NCBI GenBank assembly: GCA_965220545.1
Contig: CBDCQF010000007.1
Location: 21,123-85,122, forward strand
Source of the DNA: Dehalococcoidia bacterium
Lineage (GTDB): Bacteria > Chloroflexota > Dehalococcoidia > Lucifugimonadales > QGNO01
DNA: 64,000 nt
Direction: 5' to 3'
The notes beneath the pieces were generated by a model that searched no databases, was not told the DNA's origin, and was given only the letters and a program-made list of their open reading frames with translations. Every line of letters starts with the position of its first letter. The stretch's first letter is position 1. The translations under genes and the position numbers were made by a program. This document shows positions 9,709-20,000 of this stretch, piece after piece.

Positions 9709-10782
9709 ATGATCAACCGTCGTTTCTGGATTGGCTTAATCATCAGCGTCGTTTTCCTGGGGCTGCTGTTTTGGCGAATAGACCTTTCTCAGATGGTGAC
9801 GCATCTCAGGGAGGCCGACTATCGCTACCTCATTCCCGGGGTGGCTCTTTACTTTGCCATCGCGGTGGTCTTTCGCACCGTCCGGTGGAGATTGCTCCTT
9901 GCGCCGATGAAGCAGATCGGCACGGGCAGACTGTTTCCCGTGGTCATCGTGGGCTACATGGCGAACAATATTCTGCCGATACGCATGGGGGAGATTGTTC
10001 GCAGCTACTACCTGGGCCAGCGAGAAGATGTGAGCAAATCGGCCACGCTGGCCACCGTAGCCGTAGAACGAATCATGGACGGAGTAATCCTGCTATTTCT
10101 GCTTGCCGCGGCGTCCGTTTTCCTGCCGCTAGGCCTTGTCGAGGGTGTGGCGGAGGATACGGGCATTCCATGGCAGATACTGGTAGCGGGCACAACGGTA
10201 CCGTTTCTTGGGGCAATGGGCCTGGTCTGGTTCACGGCAAACCATCCTCGCTGGCTGCTGGCGACGGTAAGATGGACAACCTCTCCTCTGCCAGGGAGAT
10301 TACAGGGTTTGGTCAGAGAGGTGGTCGAGAAAGGAATCGACGGGCTGGAGGCCTTGAAAGACTCCAAGCGTTTGAGCATACTTTTCGCTTTGTCGCTGCC
10401 GGTGTGGCTGGGTGAAGTCGCCATGTACTACGTAATAGGGTACTCGTTTGATCTGGCGCCGGCCCTGGGCGGCCCGGGAATGATGATCGTGGCAATGATA
10501 GCGGTAACCGCCATATCCAACCTGGCTACGGCGCTGCCCGCGTCGCCAGGGGCCATAGGTCCCTTTGAGCTGTTCGCAACGGCGTCCCTGGTGGTGCTCG
10601 GGGTTGGGGGAGAGGTTGCCGCCGCATACGCAATAGTGCTGCACGCCGCACTCCTCATACCCATCACCCTAGCCGGGTTCGTCTATATCTGGCTGGGAGA
10701 GGACTCGCTGGGGAATATAGTTCGAATAAGTGAAGCGCGGCCCGCCGAGGGTACCATCCCCCGCGCTGAGGAGGCGTCTTGA
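9709..10782 (+). CDS. UPF0104 / lysylphosphatidylglycerol-synthase-TM-region-like (flippase-like) membrane protein
   Basis: About 8 TM helices. The N-terminal pattern RRFWIGLIISVVFLGLLFWRIDLSQM...FRTVRWRLLL is typical of TIGR00374/UPF0104 proteins. Confidence 0.7.
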   Translation: MINRRFWIGLIISVVFLGLLFWRIDLSQMVTHLREADYRYLIPGVALYFAIAVVFRTVRWRLLLAPMKQIGTGRLFPVVIVGYMANNILPIRMGEIVRSYYLGQREDVSKSATLATVAVERIMDGVILLFLLAAASVFLPLGLVEGVAEDTGIPWQILVAGTTVPFLGAMGLVWFTANHPRWLLATVRWTTSPLPGRLQGLVREVVEKGIDGLEALKDSKRLSILFALSLPVWLGEVAMYYVIGYSFDLAPALGGPGMMIVAMIAVTAISNLATALPASPGAIGPFELFATASLVVLGVGGEVAAAYAIVLHAALLIPITLAGFVYIWLGEDSLGNIVRISEARPAEGTIPRAEEAS

Positions 10783-12101
10783 GGGTAGGCATAATCGGCG
10801 GCGGCGTGGGCGGCCTGGGCGCCGGCTACGAACTGTCCAAGAGCGGTCACGAAGTTGTCATCTACGAAAGAGCGCCTTTCCTGGGAGGACTGGCCTCCAC
10901 GTTCGACGTGGGTGGTGGAAGGCTGGAGCGGTTCTATCACCATCTGTTCCTATCGGACACGACTATCATCGATTTGCTGTACGAACTCGGCCTGGGCGAT
11001 ACCCTTGTCTGGGAAGAGTCCAAGACAGGCTGGTTCCACAACGGCAAAATATACCCCTTCTCAGGCCCCATGGACCTGCTGCGGTTCAAGCCGGTAGGAC
11101 TGATAGACCGCATACGCATGGGACTGGTCACCGTATACCTGCAACGGGTCAAGAACTGGCAGAAGTTCGAGAACGTCACGGCGGCCAGCTTTATAAGACG
11201 CTGGGCAGGAAAACGAAACTACGAAGTCATTTGGGAGCCTCTGCTCAAAGGCAAGTTCTCCAGCTACTACGACAAAATCGGCATGCCCTGGCTATGGAGC
11301 AAGTTCGCTACCAGGACAAAGTCCAGAGACAAGACGTTCAAAGAGAGGCTGGGATACATACGAGGAAGCTGGGGGATGCTGATAGACGAGATGGAACGGC
11401 GCATCAGGGCCTCCGGCGGCGAGCTATACACGAGTACGTCCGTTTCCAGGATACTCACCCGGGATGGACGCGCCACGGGGCTGGCCATACAAGACGCCGA
11501 AGGCAACGCGACGGAAGAAAGCTTTGATCTGATAATCGCGACGGTGCCCAGCTTCACTCTGTCCCGCCTGGTCGACTTGCCGAAGGAATACACGGCAAAG
11601 CTGCAAGCGGTAGAGTACGAAGGAGCTATTGCGGTGATCTGGGTATTGAAGCAGAGCCTATCGCCCATCTACTGGTTGAACATAGGCGACCGCGATATGC
11701 CTTTCCTGCTGGTGCTGGAGCAGACGAACCTGGTGCCGCCTTCCGAGTACGGCGGCAAGCACATCATCTACACGGCGGACTACGTGGACAGAAGCGATAG
11801 AAGATGGAGCATGAGCGAAGACGAGATCATCGACGAATACAAGGCTGCCCTGAAACGGATCAACCCCGATTTTGACGAATCGTGGATTGAGCGGCACTAC
11901 CTGCACAAGGAACCGGCGGCCCAACCGATTATCGGGGTGAACTACAGAGAGCGCATGCCGGAAACCAAGACGCCAGTGGAGAGGCTCTGGCTGGCCTCGA
12001 TGAGCCAGGTGTACCCTGAAGACCGCGGCACCAACTACAGCATACGGCTTGGCGTGCAGGTAGCCAGAGAAGCCGTCAAAGAGATAGAAGCCGAACTCTA
12101 G
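10779..12101 (+). CDS. NAD(P)/FAD-dependent oxidoreductase (amine oxidase / phytoene desaturase / HemY superfamily)
   Basis: N-terminal Rossmann dinucleotide motif VGIIGGGVGGLGAGYELSKSGHEVVIYE. TTG start in a TTGA overlap with the upstream stop, preceded by GAGGAGG. Confidence 0.8.
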   Translation: MRVGIIGGGVGGLGAGYELSKSGHEVVIYERAPFLGGLASTFDVGGGRLERFYHHLFLSDTTIIDLLYELGLGDTLVWEESKTGWFHNGKIYPFSGPMDLLRFKPVGLIDRIRMGLVTVYLQRVKNWQKFENVTAASFIRRWAGKRNYEVIWEPLLKGKFSSYYDKIGMPWLWSKFATRTKSRDKTFKERLGYIRGSWGMLIDEMERRIRASGGELYTSTSVSRILTRDGRATGLAIQDAEGNATEESFDLIIATVPSFTLSRLVDLPKEYTAKLQAVEYEGAIAVIWVLKQSLSPIYWLNIGDRDMPFLLVLEQTNLVPPSEYGGKHIIYTADYVDRSDRRWSMSEDEIIDEYKAALKRINPDFDESWIERHYLHKEPAAQPIIGVNYRERMPETKTPVERLWLASMSQVYPEDRGTNYSIRLGVQVAREAVKEIEAEL

Positions 12102-12106
12102 CGTGG

Positions 12107-12814
12107 TTAATGCGGCGCGCTGTCCTCAGAGAAGGCGCCGTCCACCATCTGGAGCACTCTGTCGGCCAGTCCGGCCAGCCTGAGGTCGTGGGTGGCGGCA
12201 ACAAAGGTGATGCCTTCCTCCTTGGTGAGGTCTCTCATCAACGTGGCTATATTCATGCCCGTGGCGGAATCCAGATCGCCTGTGGGTTCGTCAGCCAACA
12301 GCAGAGCAGGCCTGACGGCCAGCGACCTTGCAATAGCCACCCGTTGCTGCTCGCCGCCCGATAGCTCGTACGGTCTGTGGCCGGAGCGGGGCAGGAGTCC
12401 CACCAATGACAGAAGCTCTTCGACACGATGTCGTCGTTCACGCCTGGGGACGCCGTTGATACGAAGAGGCAGCTCCACGTTCTCATACGCTGAAAGAAGA
12501 GGCAGAAGCCCGTAAGCCTGGAAAACGTAGCCCACTTCTCGTCTACGCATCTCGGTTATCTCAGATTCGGACAGGGATGATAGGTCACGTCCGGCAAATA
12601 CAACACGGCCCTCCGTGGGCGCATCCAGACCGCCCAGCAAATTGAGAAGCGTCGTCTTGCCGGAACCGGACCTGCCCAGCAAGACGACAAACTCGCCGGA
12701 TCCTATGCTGAAGGTCACATCCCTTACGGCAAACACCAGGTTTTCTCCGGAACCAAACAAACGTGTAAGGCCATGAGTTTCTATGGCAGGCTCAAAATAG
12801 CTGACGCTCCTCAT
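12107..12814 (-). CDS. ABC transporter ATP-binding protein (MacB/LolD-type)
   Basis: Walker A GRSGSGKTT, signature LSGGEQQRV, Walker B LLLADEPTGDLD. ATGA overlap with the upstream ATPase gene. Confidence 0.9.
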   Translation of the reverse strand: MRSVSYFEPAIETHGLTRLFGSGENLVFAVRDVTFSIGSGEFVVLLGRSGSGKTTLLNLLGGLDAPTEGRVVFAGRDLSSLSESEITEMRRREVGYVFQAYGLLPLLSAYENVELPLRINGVPRRERRHRVEELLSLVGLLPRSGHRPYELSGGEQQRVAIARSLAVRPALLLADEPTGDLDSATGMNIATLMRDLTKEEGITFVAATHDLRLAGLADRVLQMVDGAFSEDSAPH

Positions 12815-13692
12815 TCTTCCCTTCCTTGCGGCTTGAGCACAACGCCGTCAGGGCCTATGGACAGGCGGGCGCGGCCATTGGCGCCAAGCTTTTCCAGAGA
12901 TTCCGGCGGCAGTTGAATGCGACCCGCTCTGTCCACCACCAAAAACTCCTCCTTGACCACTTCGCCGGTACGGCGAAAGCTGCGCTGAGAGACGGACTCA
13001 GATACTATCCTGCCATCGCGGATCTGCACCACGCGGTCAGCGAAACGCTCCGTTCCGGCGTAGTGCGTGACCACCACCACGGTCACGCCGTAGGTGTGGC
13101 ACACGTCCTGAAGGGCCTGAAGCACCTCATCCGCGGTCCTGGTGTCAAGCTCTCCCGTAGGCTCGTCGGCGAGCACCATGCCCGGTTGATTGGCCAGGGC
13201 AACGGCAATGGCAACCCTCTGCTGCTCTCCCCCGGATAGCTGATGCGGGAACCTGAAAGCCTTTTCCCCCAAGCCAAGGGTCGCGAGGAGGTCCAGAGCG
13301 CGCTCACGCCTCTCAGAACCGGAGCGTCCCACTATGACCATTGGCAATTCCACGTTCTCTACGGCTTTGAGATAAGGCAGCAGGTTCCGTGAGGTGCTCT
13401 GCCAGACGAACCCGATTTCCCTGCGTCTATAGGCAACACGGTCGCTTTCCGACATGTTGAGCAGGTCTCGCCCGCCCACCATGGCCTGGCCAGATGACGG
13501 GGTGTCCAGTCCTGCCAGCACGTTGAGCAACGTTGTCTTGCCGGACCCGCTAAAGCCAATGATTCCAAGGAACTCTCCCTGCATCACCTCCAAGTCCAAG
13601 CCGCGCAAGGCCACCACTTCAAGGCCTGCGCCTTTGTACGTCTTGAACAGGTCCTGGCAGACGATATACGGCGTTCTTTCTTCCAAGAGCAA
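12811..13692 (-). CDS. ABC transporter ATP-binding protein with a ~55-aa C-terminal AbrB/SpoVT-like extension
   Basis: Walker A GFSGSGKTT, LSGGEQQRV, MVLADEPTGELD. The C-terminal tail VVDRAGRIQLPPESLEKLGANGRARLSIGPDGVVLKP resembles a swapped-hairpin AbrB/MazE domain. Confidence 0.85.
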   Translation of the reverse strand: MLLEERTPYIVCQDLFKTYKGAGLEVVALRGLDLEVMQGEFLGIIGFSGSGKTTLLNVLAGLDTPSSGQAMVGGRDLLNMSESDRVAYRRREIGFVWQSTSRNLLPYLKAVENVELPMVIVGRSGSERRERALDLLATLGLGEKAFRFPHQLSGGEQQRVAIAVALANQPGMVLADEPTGELDTRTADEVLQALQDVCHTYGVTVVVVTHYAGTERFADRVVQIRDGRIVSESVSQRSFRRTGEVVKEEFLVVDRAGRIQLPPESLEKLGANGRARLSIGPDGVVLKPQGREE

Positions 13693-13706
13693 CCTCCCAG
13701 GCTAAT

Positions 13707-16700
13707 CTATGTATCCGCGACTCTAAGCAGACGCTGCAATTCCAGTTTCCCAAGGGCCCAGGCCAGTATGGCCACTGTTATCAGGGTAGCGATGCCAAGC
13801 ACAAAATATGAAAAAGCTACCGCCGGCCAGTTGTTCTGCAAAAGCATGGGAGGCGTGATCCTGGAACCGTCCTCCGCCACTTCCAAGAGCGGCAGGACGG
13901 CAATCCCCAGCAACTGGCCGCCCAATGTCCCGGCCACCAAGCCGAATATGAACGTTATGGCAAGATTGAACCAGACTATGCCGTTCACCTGCAACCGTGA
14001 GAATCCCAGGCTCCTCAGGACTGCAAACTCGCCCAGGCGCTCCCGTGCATCGATGTACGTATAGAGTATCAAGCTGGAAGCGCCCGCCATCACCACGGCA
14101 AGGAACGAGAGGGCTAGAAGCCCGCTCCATCCGGCGGTGAGCAACGGGTCGGAAGTCCTTGCCTCCACCATGGTCGATGCGTGATAGACATCGGAAAGGG
14201 GCCAGCCCGCATCCTCTATCGAGTCCGCTATGGACGCGGAGGGAACGGTGCCGTCCAAGCGCAGCCAAACCTCCGTGTCGCCACCAATGAAACGGTTTCC
14301 ATGCAGGTACATGTAGTCCAGCAAAGCGTCGCGGTCGGCAACAAGGAACGGCGATTCCCTGGGATCCAACGTCGGGAAGAACTCAGTAGTACCGCTGACC
14401 AGGAGAGGAATTGACGTAGAGCCTGCAAATGCCAGAATGACCTCGCCCTCGTCAACGCTTTGGGCTATCTCTCTGCTCACAAGCGCCGGCACTACCATCT
14501 GCGCAGCCCCGGGTCTTATCCCCCTGAGAGTAAGGCCGCTTTCCACCCATGTAAAAGCTGCGCTGGGGCCGTCGGTGCGGGTCACGGCTTCGCTGACATC
14601 CAGAGTGTACAGGCCAGGGGAAGCGAGGTCTTCCAGGGGCCGCCACTCATCCACGCTCCGGAAGGAAGCCAGCTCAACGGGGCCTGTCGGTGTGACGGCT
14701 TGGAGGCTGTCCAGGAAAACGACGCCTCCTCCGGCGCCCACCCTGCGCCCCCCCAGCCATAGGGCGCGAAGCGTGAACGGCGGTTGCAGTACGCGCTCAG
14801 TGTAGGTGCGGTTTGCGGACCTTATCGAGGGGATGGACTCCTCGATGTAGCGCCATCCCTGGCCGGCGACCTCGCCTATCCTCATATCGAAGTAGGCGCC
14901 TGTACCGTCCTGCATTCTGGCTATGAGCAGGGCTCCGGGAGACACCCTGCCTGCCTGCACCCAGATGCCAATTGCGCTGGCGTCCTCAGGAAGAGGGATG
15001 CCACCTGACTCATCAGAGCCTTCCAGGTTCTCCCTCAAAGAGTCGTTCAGGATATCAGGGCGGACCCAAGCCGAATCTGAGAACGAGCCGGTATCCACGG
15101 CAAGGAGAACGGCAGGGCTGCCAAAGGCTTCGGTGGTGACTCGTGTATCCAAGCGCATTACTTCAGCCGCCGCGGCAACTCCCGGAATGCCGGCAACGTC
15201 GTCCGCTACGTCTTGCTCGCCCGGCAGCTGATCGTCCAACTCATACTCCACACGTAGGTCCGCGCCTGCCAAGTAACGCGCTTGTTCCTCCTGGCTGCGC
15301 TCCAAGGTAGACAGGATGGAGGAGCCCAACATGCCAAGAGAGGCGGCCAGCGCCAGCAGAACCAGCAGCGATCCTGAGGGAATAGGGTCGCGGGCGACCC
15401 GGTTCAAAGCATGCACAAGCCATACACGGCCAAATGGTTCGGTAATGAGAGCGGCGGTTCTGAGCACCAGGGGCACAATGCGCAGCACGAGCAGACCGGC
15501 GGCAAGCACCCCCAGTATTGGGCCCAGAAGCAACGTAATGTCTATCTGGGCGGGGCTTCCGGGCGCGGGTTGGATGAGAAAGGAGCCTCTATATCTAAGC
15601 TGCCACCACAAGAGACCAATGACCACAAGAAGAACAACGTCAATGTAGTACCGATGGATGAACGGGACCTCCGGCGGCCTGGCAGACGATGACTGAAGGG
15701 CGACTATACCCTTGCTAGCCGCCCTCAGAACTGTGGCGGTAAACACGGCTACCGTAAATGCAGCGCCCACCGCTCCGATGGCAAGGGTAGAGAGCGATAG
15801 GCCGCTCACGTCCAGACCCTGTACCCCGGAAGCCACTGGGAAAAGACGTCCCGTGAACAGTACGAGGGCTTGCGCCACGAATGGGCCGGCGAACACGGCG
15901 GGCAGCGCCATGATCAGTCCTTCCACCAGGATTACCAACCCAACTTGGAGAGTAGAGGCGCCGCGACTGCGAAACACGGCCACTTCAGAGGTGCGGATTC
16001 GTCCAATGAGACCGGCAATTAGGAACATGTAGTACAAGAGAACGCTCACCACAAGAAAGACCATCAGAAATAGAGGCACCCTGGCCAACAGCAGCAGCGA
16101 GGAATAGCGGTCCAGCACCTCGTCCAGTTCAGTCCTCCAGTTGGAGTCGGGCACATCGGAGCGAAGGGCAAGGGCGATGCCGTGCAATACCGACTGCAAC
16201 GCCTCCACCTCAGAAGCCCTCAGTCCGGGCACATCGGTGTAGAAGAGCCAGACGAAATCCGAGAGCAGGGCGTTGATAGAGTCGGGCAGGACCTGGAGAA
16301 GATTTTGATGGGTTGTGTACAGGGGAAGAGCAATCCACTGCCGCTCCGTATTCGTAAATCTGTCCCACGCGCCTATAGCCCAGTAATGCGCATCCGGCTC
16401 CACGGGCTCAAAGATTCCCGAAACCATGACGGTAGCCGTTTCGTCACGGCCACTCCCGGGGCGGAAGGCCTGGAACCTGTCGCCAACCGAAAGTGAAAGA
16501 GCGGAAGCTCCAAGGGGATCTATGAGCACTTCTATCTCACCGGAGCCCGTTCTAGGCATCCGGCCTTCTATTATCTCAACATGTCTGGGCAAGTCCGATA
16601 TTGCCTGCAACGAACTCCGCGGTCTACTTGAATTGTCAACATCAAGCTGCGGCAATCCGGATAGAAACAGCGTTGACGTTTGGATGAGGAAAACGTCATC

Positions 16701-17003
16701 GCCGGCGTACGGGCTGAGGGGACGCCTGATCCGTTCCTCCACGTACCCTTCGGTGGCATCTAAGGCAGGTCTTTCAAGGTTATGGAACGTACGAAAGGTG
16801 ATGTTCAGGTCCTCCTCAGGCACGTTGAGCAGGGTGTTTCTAAGGGCGGTTTCGGCCAGCGCCTGCGAGTAGATGACCCCGGAGGCCATGAGGGCAACCG
16901 CCAGCAGCATACCGAAGGCGGCTGCAGCCTGAAGCCGCCAGTCGGAGAATGTCCGTCTGAGCGCTATGAGAACCGCAAACTTTGCAAGCGCAGTCAGATC
17001 CAT
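13707..17003 (-). CDS. Large ABC transporter permease with two FtsX-type modules (1,098 aa)
   Basis: Two FtsX-like TM clusters (e.g. RSRGASTLQV..., LRSLGFSRLQV...), each preceded by a very large extracytoplasmic region. Starts directly after the stop of the upstream paralog. Confidence 0.8.
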   Translation of the reverse strand: MDLTALAKFAVLIALRRTFSDWRLQAAAAFGMLLAVALMASGVIYSQALAETALRNTLLNVPEEDLNITFRTFHNLERPALDATEGYVEERIRRPLSPYAGDDVFLIQTSTLFLSGLPQLDVDNSSRPRSSLQAISDLPRHVEIIEGRMPRTGSGEIEVLIDPLGASALSLSVGDRFQAFRPGSGRDETATVMVSGIFEPVEPDAHYWAIGAWDRFTNTERQWIALPLYTTHQNLLQVLPDSINALLSDFVWLFYTDVPGLRASEVEALQSVLHGIALALRSDVPDSNWRTELDEVLDRYSSLLLLARVPLFLMVFLVVSVLLYYMFLIAGLIGRIRTSEVAVFRSRGASTLQVGLVILVEGLIMALPAVFAGPFVAQALVLFTGRLFPVASGVQGLDVSGLSLSTLAIGAVGAAFTVAVFTATVLRAASKGIVALQSSSARPPEVPFIHRYYIDVVLLVVIGLLWWQLRYRGSFLIQPAPGSPAQIDITLLLGPILGVLAAGLLVLRIVPLVLRTAALITEPFGRVWLVHALNRVARDPIPSGSLLVLLALAASLGMLGSSILSTLERSQEEQARYLAGADLRVEYELDDQLPGEQDVADDVAGIPGVAAAAEVMRLDTRVTTEAFGSPAVLLAVDTGSFSDSAWVRPDILNDSLRENLEGSDESGGIPLPEDASAIGIWVQAGRVSPGALLIARMQDGTGAYFDMRIGEVAGQGWRYIEESIPSIRSANRTYTERVLQPPFTLRALWLGGRRVGAGGGVVFLDSLQAVTPTGPVELASFRSVDEWRPLEDLASPGLYTLDVSEAVTRTDGPSAAFTWVESGLTLRGIRPGAAQMVVPALVSREIAQSVDEGEVILAFAGSTSIPLLVSGTTEFFPTLDPRESPFLVADRDALLDYMYLHGNRFIGGDTEVWLRLDGTVPSASIADSIEDAGWPLSDVYHASTMVEARTSDPLLTAGWSGLLALSFLAVVMAGASSLILYTYIDARERLGEFAVLRSLGFSRLQVNGIVWFNLAITFIFGLVAGTLGGQLLGIAVLPLLEVAEDGSRITPPMLLQNNWPAVAFSYFVLGIATLITVAILAWALGKLELQRLLRVADT

Positions 17004-20000
17004 TTATTCCTCGACTCGCAGTACATCTTTCAAGCTCAACCTATTGGCTGCGACAACCGCTATGAAAATTGCCAAGGCGACGGCAATCAATGCCGATGCG
17101 AGCCCAACGGCAACGAACGGCCGATCGACTACCAGCTCTAGCGGCGGCACCAGAGGTCGCCCGCCGGGCGTTATTTCGAGAAAACGCAGGGTCCACCGGC
17201 TTGTCCAAGCGCCGATCCACGCTCCAGAAACCAGGCCCAGCAGGGGAACGGACAGCCTTTCCAAAGCTACGGAAAGCGCAATCTGGCGGCGTGACAGGCC
17301 CATGTTTTGCAACAGGCCCAACTCCGTTCTCATCCCCCTGACTGCGATAATGGCGTAGATTACCAATCCAGCGGTAAACACCGCCGCAACGACAGCAACC
17401 ACCACTATGGAAAGGCTGCTCCAAAAGCTTGAAGCCCAAGGATTGGACGTACTCTCAGAAACCTCCGCCTCTTGATCAACCACAACGGCTGCTGGCAGGA
17501 CTTCGTGGACAACGCTCTCAATAGCTCCGCTGTCAACCGGCCCTAGCCACAGTTCGCCGGGTCTAATGGGCCCGGTCAAGGGGAGAAGATCAAAGTAACC
17601 GCTCAGATGGCCTATGTCCGTAATGAGAAAGCGGCCGCCGGTTGGGAAAAGCGTTGGGAAGTAGTCCGCCGATTCCACTATCCTAAAGGCCACCGGCTTC
17701 CCTTCGACGCGCACCACCAGATCCTGATCTAGGCTCAGTCCAGGACCTCCGATGGCAGGGATTGGCATGGGCACCGGCGAGGCAAGGACGCCCCTGGTCT
17801 CCGTGGTAATGGGTTCCGTCCAGGTGTACCTGAGGCTTAGACTCCCCGAACGCGCCTGAGGCGTATACGACACCTCGTCTTTGGTCAGCCCGGCGTTGGG
17901 AAACACGGTCCACGGTCTATCCGATTCGAAGTCCTCAACGGTTTGCGTTTCGTCGCCGGTGGAAACGAAAACATCGTCCAGTTGAATGAATCCGCTTCCA
18001 TAACCGACAAGCTGCCCCCCGGCTACGTATATGCCAACCAGTGTCAACGGAGGCTGCATTCCCGGAACCTGAGAAAGCTCGGCAACCTTGACGTTCCAAT
18101 CCGTGTTGCCCAGGTTACCCAAGCGCAGAGTCGCATACCGGCCCGTGGAGTCACGTAGAAGCGCGCGAAGCGTGTAGTTGAGATAGGCTCTTTCCGAACT
18201 TGCCCATACGCCGATTCTATCCGGCGTCCCGGGCAGGGGTATGCCCTGGAAGGGTGGCGCGGAAACCCGCAAGGCAAAGGCAAGCTGGGATAGGTCTTTC
18301 TGGGCAAAGTCTCCGCGGAACCAGGATACAACGGGCAAGCGGGAGGAATCCAGGCTAAGCAGCGAATAGTTGACGCCGCTTGAACCGCTACCCTCAAAAG
18401 CAGAGCCGCGGTATACGGGCGAGGCCGCTCTGATTGAGGGGTCGGCTTCCAGGGCTTGAGTAACGGATTGCGCATCCCCTATATGATCGAGAGGCAAACG
18501 GACAACGATTTCACCACCCTGGGAGTACCTGGCTTGATCAGCGTGGCTTTGAGCCAGTGTTGCGGCATAGTTGGCGCTGAAAATAGCAATGGCAGCAATG
18601 AAGAAGGTCAACAGAAAGAGGGGAACGTAGCCGGGGTAGTTCCGGTATACCCGCCTGAACGAGTCGATCAGCCAGAAGGGACCCAGGTCCCCGAATAGGC
18701 GCGATAAAGCAAGAAACAGAAACGGCAAAAGACGTGAAATGAGCAACCCGGCGGCAAGCATGAGCACTGCGGGAGCCAGCAGCAGGGTGAGGTCGAAGCT
18801 CAATCCGGCGCCGGCGGTTTCTTCGGTTGAGAAGCTGCTGCGGCTTCTCAACTGCCACCAAACCACGCCAGCCACGACCATAACAAGAAGGTCTACGGCA
18901 TACTGCAATCTGCCGGGTCTACTGAGAAGCCGGCTTCCTCGTATCGGTATTAAGGGAGACCTAACAGAAACAGCAAAGCTGGCCGTTAGGTATATCAATG
19001 CGGCAACTGCGCCGGCGACAACGGAAACAAGGAACGCGGAAAGCGAAAGAGGATACGAAAATACGGCGACTCGCTCCGCTCCCGTGGGAAGCAGACCGGC
19101 CAGTATCCAGCCCAGAACAGGGCCCAGCAGGACGCCGGGAACGACCACTATAGCAGCCTCTACAAACGGCAGATAGAGACCGCTTTGATTTAAGCTGGCG
19201 CCCCGGCTTCTGAGCAAGACCGCCTCCCTGTTCCTCTCTTTGGCCAGGACAACGGAGGCAATCGCGAGGAAGTACAGCACTATGCCAGCTATGAGCGAGA
19301 TGAGTATGAGATAGGGGAGCCTGGACAGAGCGAGTTCTCGCTGGTAATCGGATATCCGGATGCCAAGAGAGCTGATGACTAGGGAACGCGGGAACCTCTT
19401 GTTCAAATCGGTTTCAATAGTTGTTAGGGAAGAGCGGATCTGCGAGGCATTCCCGTAGGTAACGCCTTCGGGGTCAAGCAAAAGAGTCCACCGGAATGAG
19501 CCAAGCAGCGTGGGGTAGCGTTCCGCCAGGCCGCTGAAGGAGGTGTTAGTTCCGGTAAAGAGGTGCACTGTTACAGATGCGCCTTGCTCAGCCAGTTGGA
19601 ACTTAGAGAAGTTTCCTGACCAGAATGGGTCGTCTTCATCCGCGGGTTCCACCTGGCCAACGACCGTCACGGCTATCTTCTCTTCGGGGCTGGATTGAAA
19701 GGGGGTAACGTAAACGGTCCGGCCCAAATCCCAGTCCAAACCAAAAAGCGCGTCGGAGCCTATAGCCGCCTCAATGGAAGGGATGCCGTCCAGGGTCACA
19801 GTTGTATCGCTGGGCCATCGACCTGAGACCAGCCTGGCGTTCTCTGTGAAGCCTTCCTGGTAGAAGAAGCTGACAAACGCGGTGTTTACTGCCGGTGGGC
19901 TGCTATCAGGAGTATCGAGATATGGCAGGTTTTGAGAGCTTCCCATTCGGAAGGACGTGGACTCAATACTGGGGAGATGCCTTTCGACGGAGCCCAAGAC

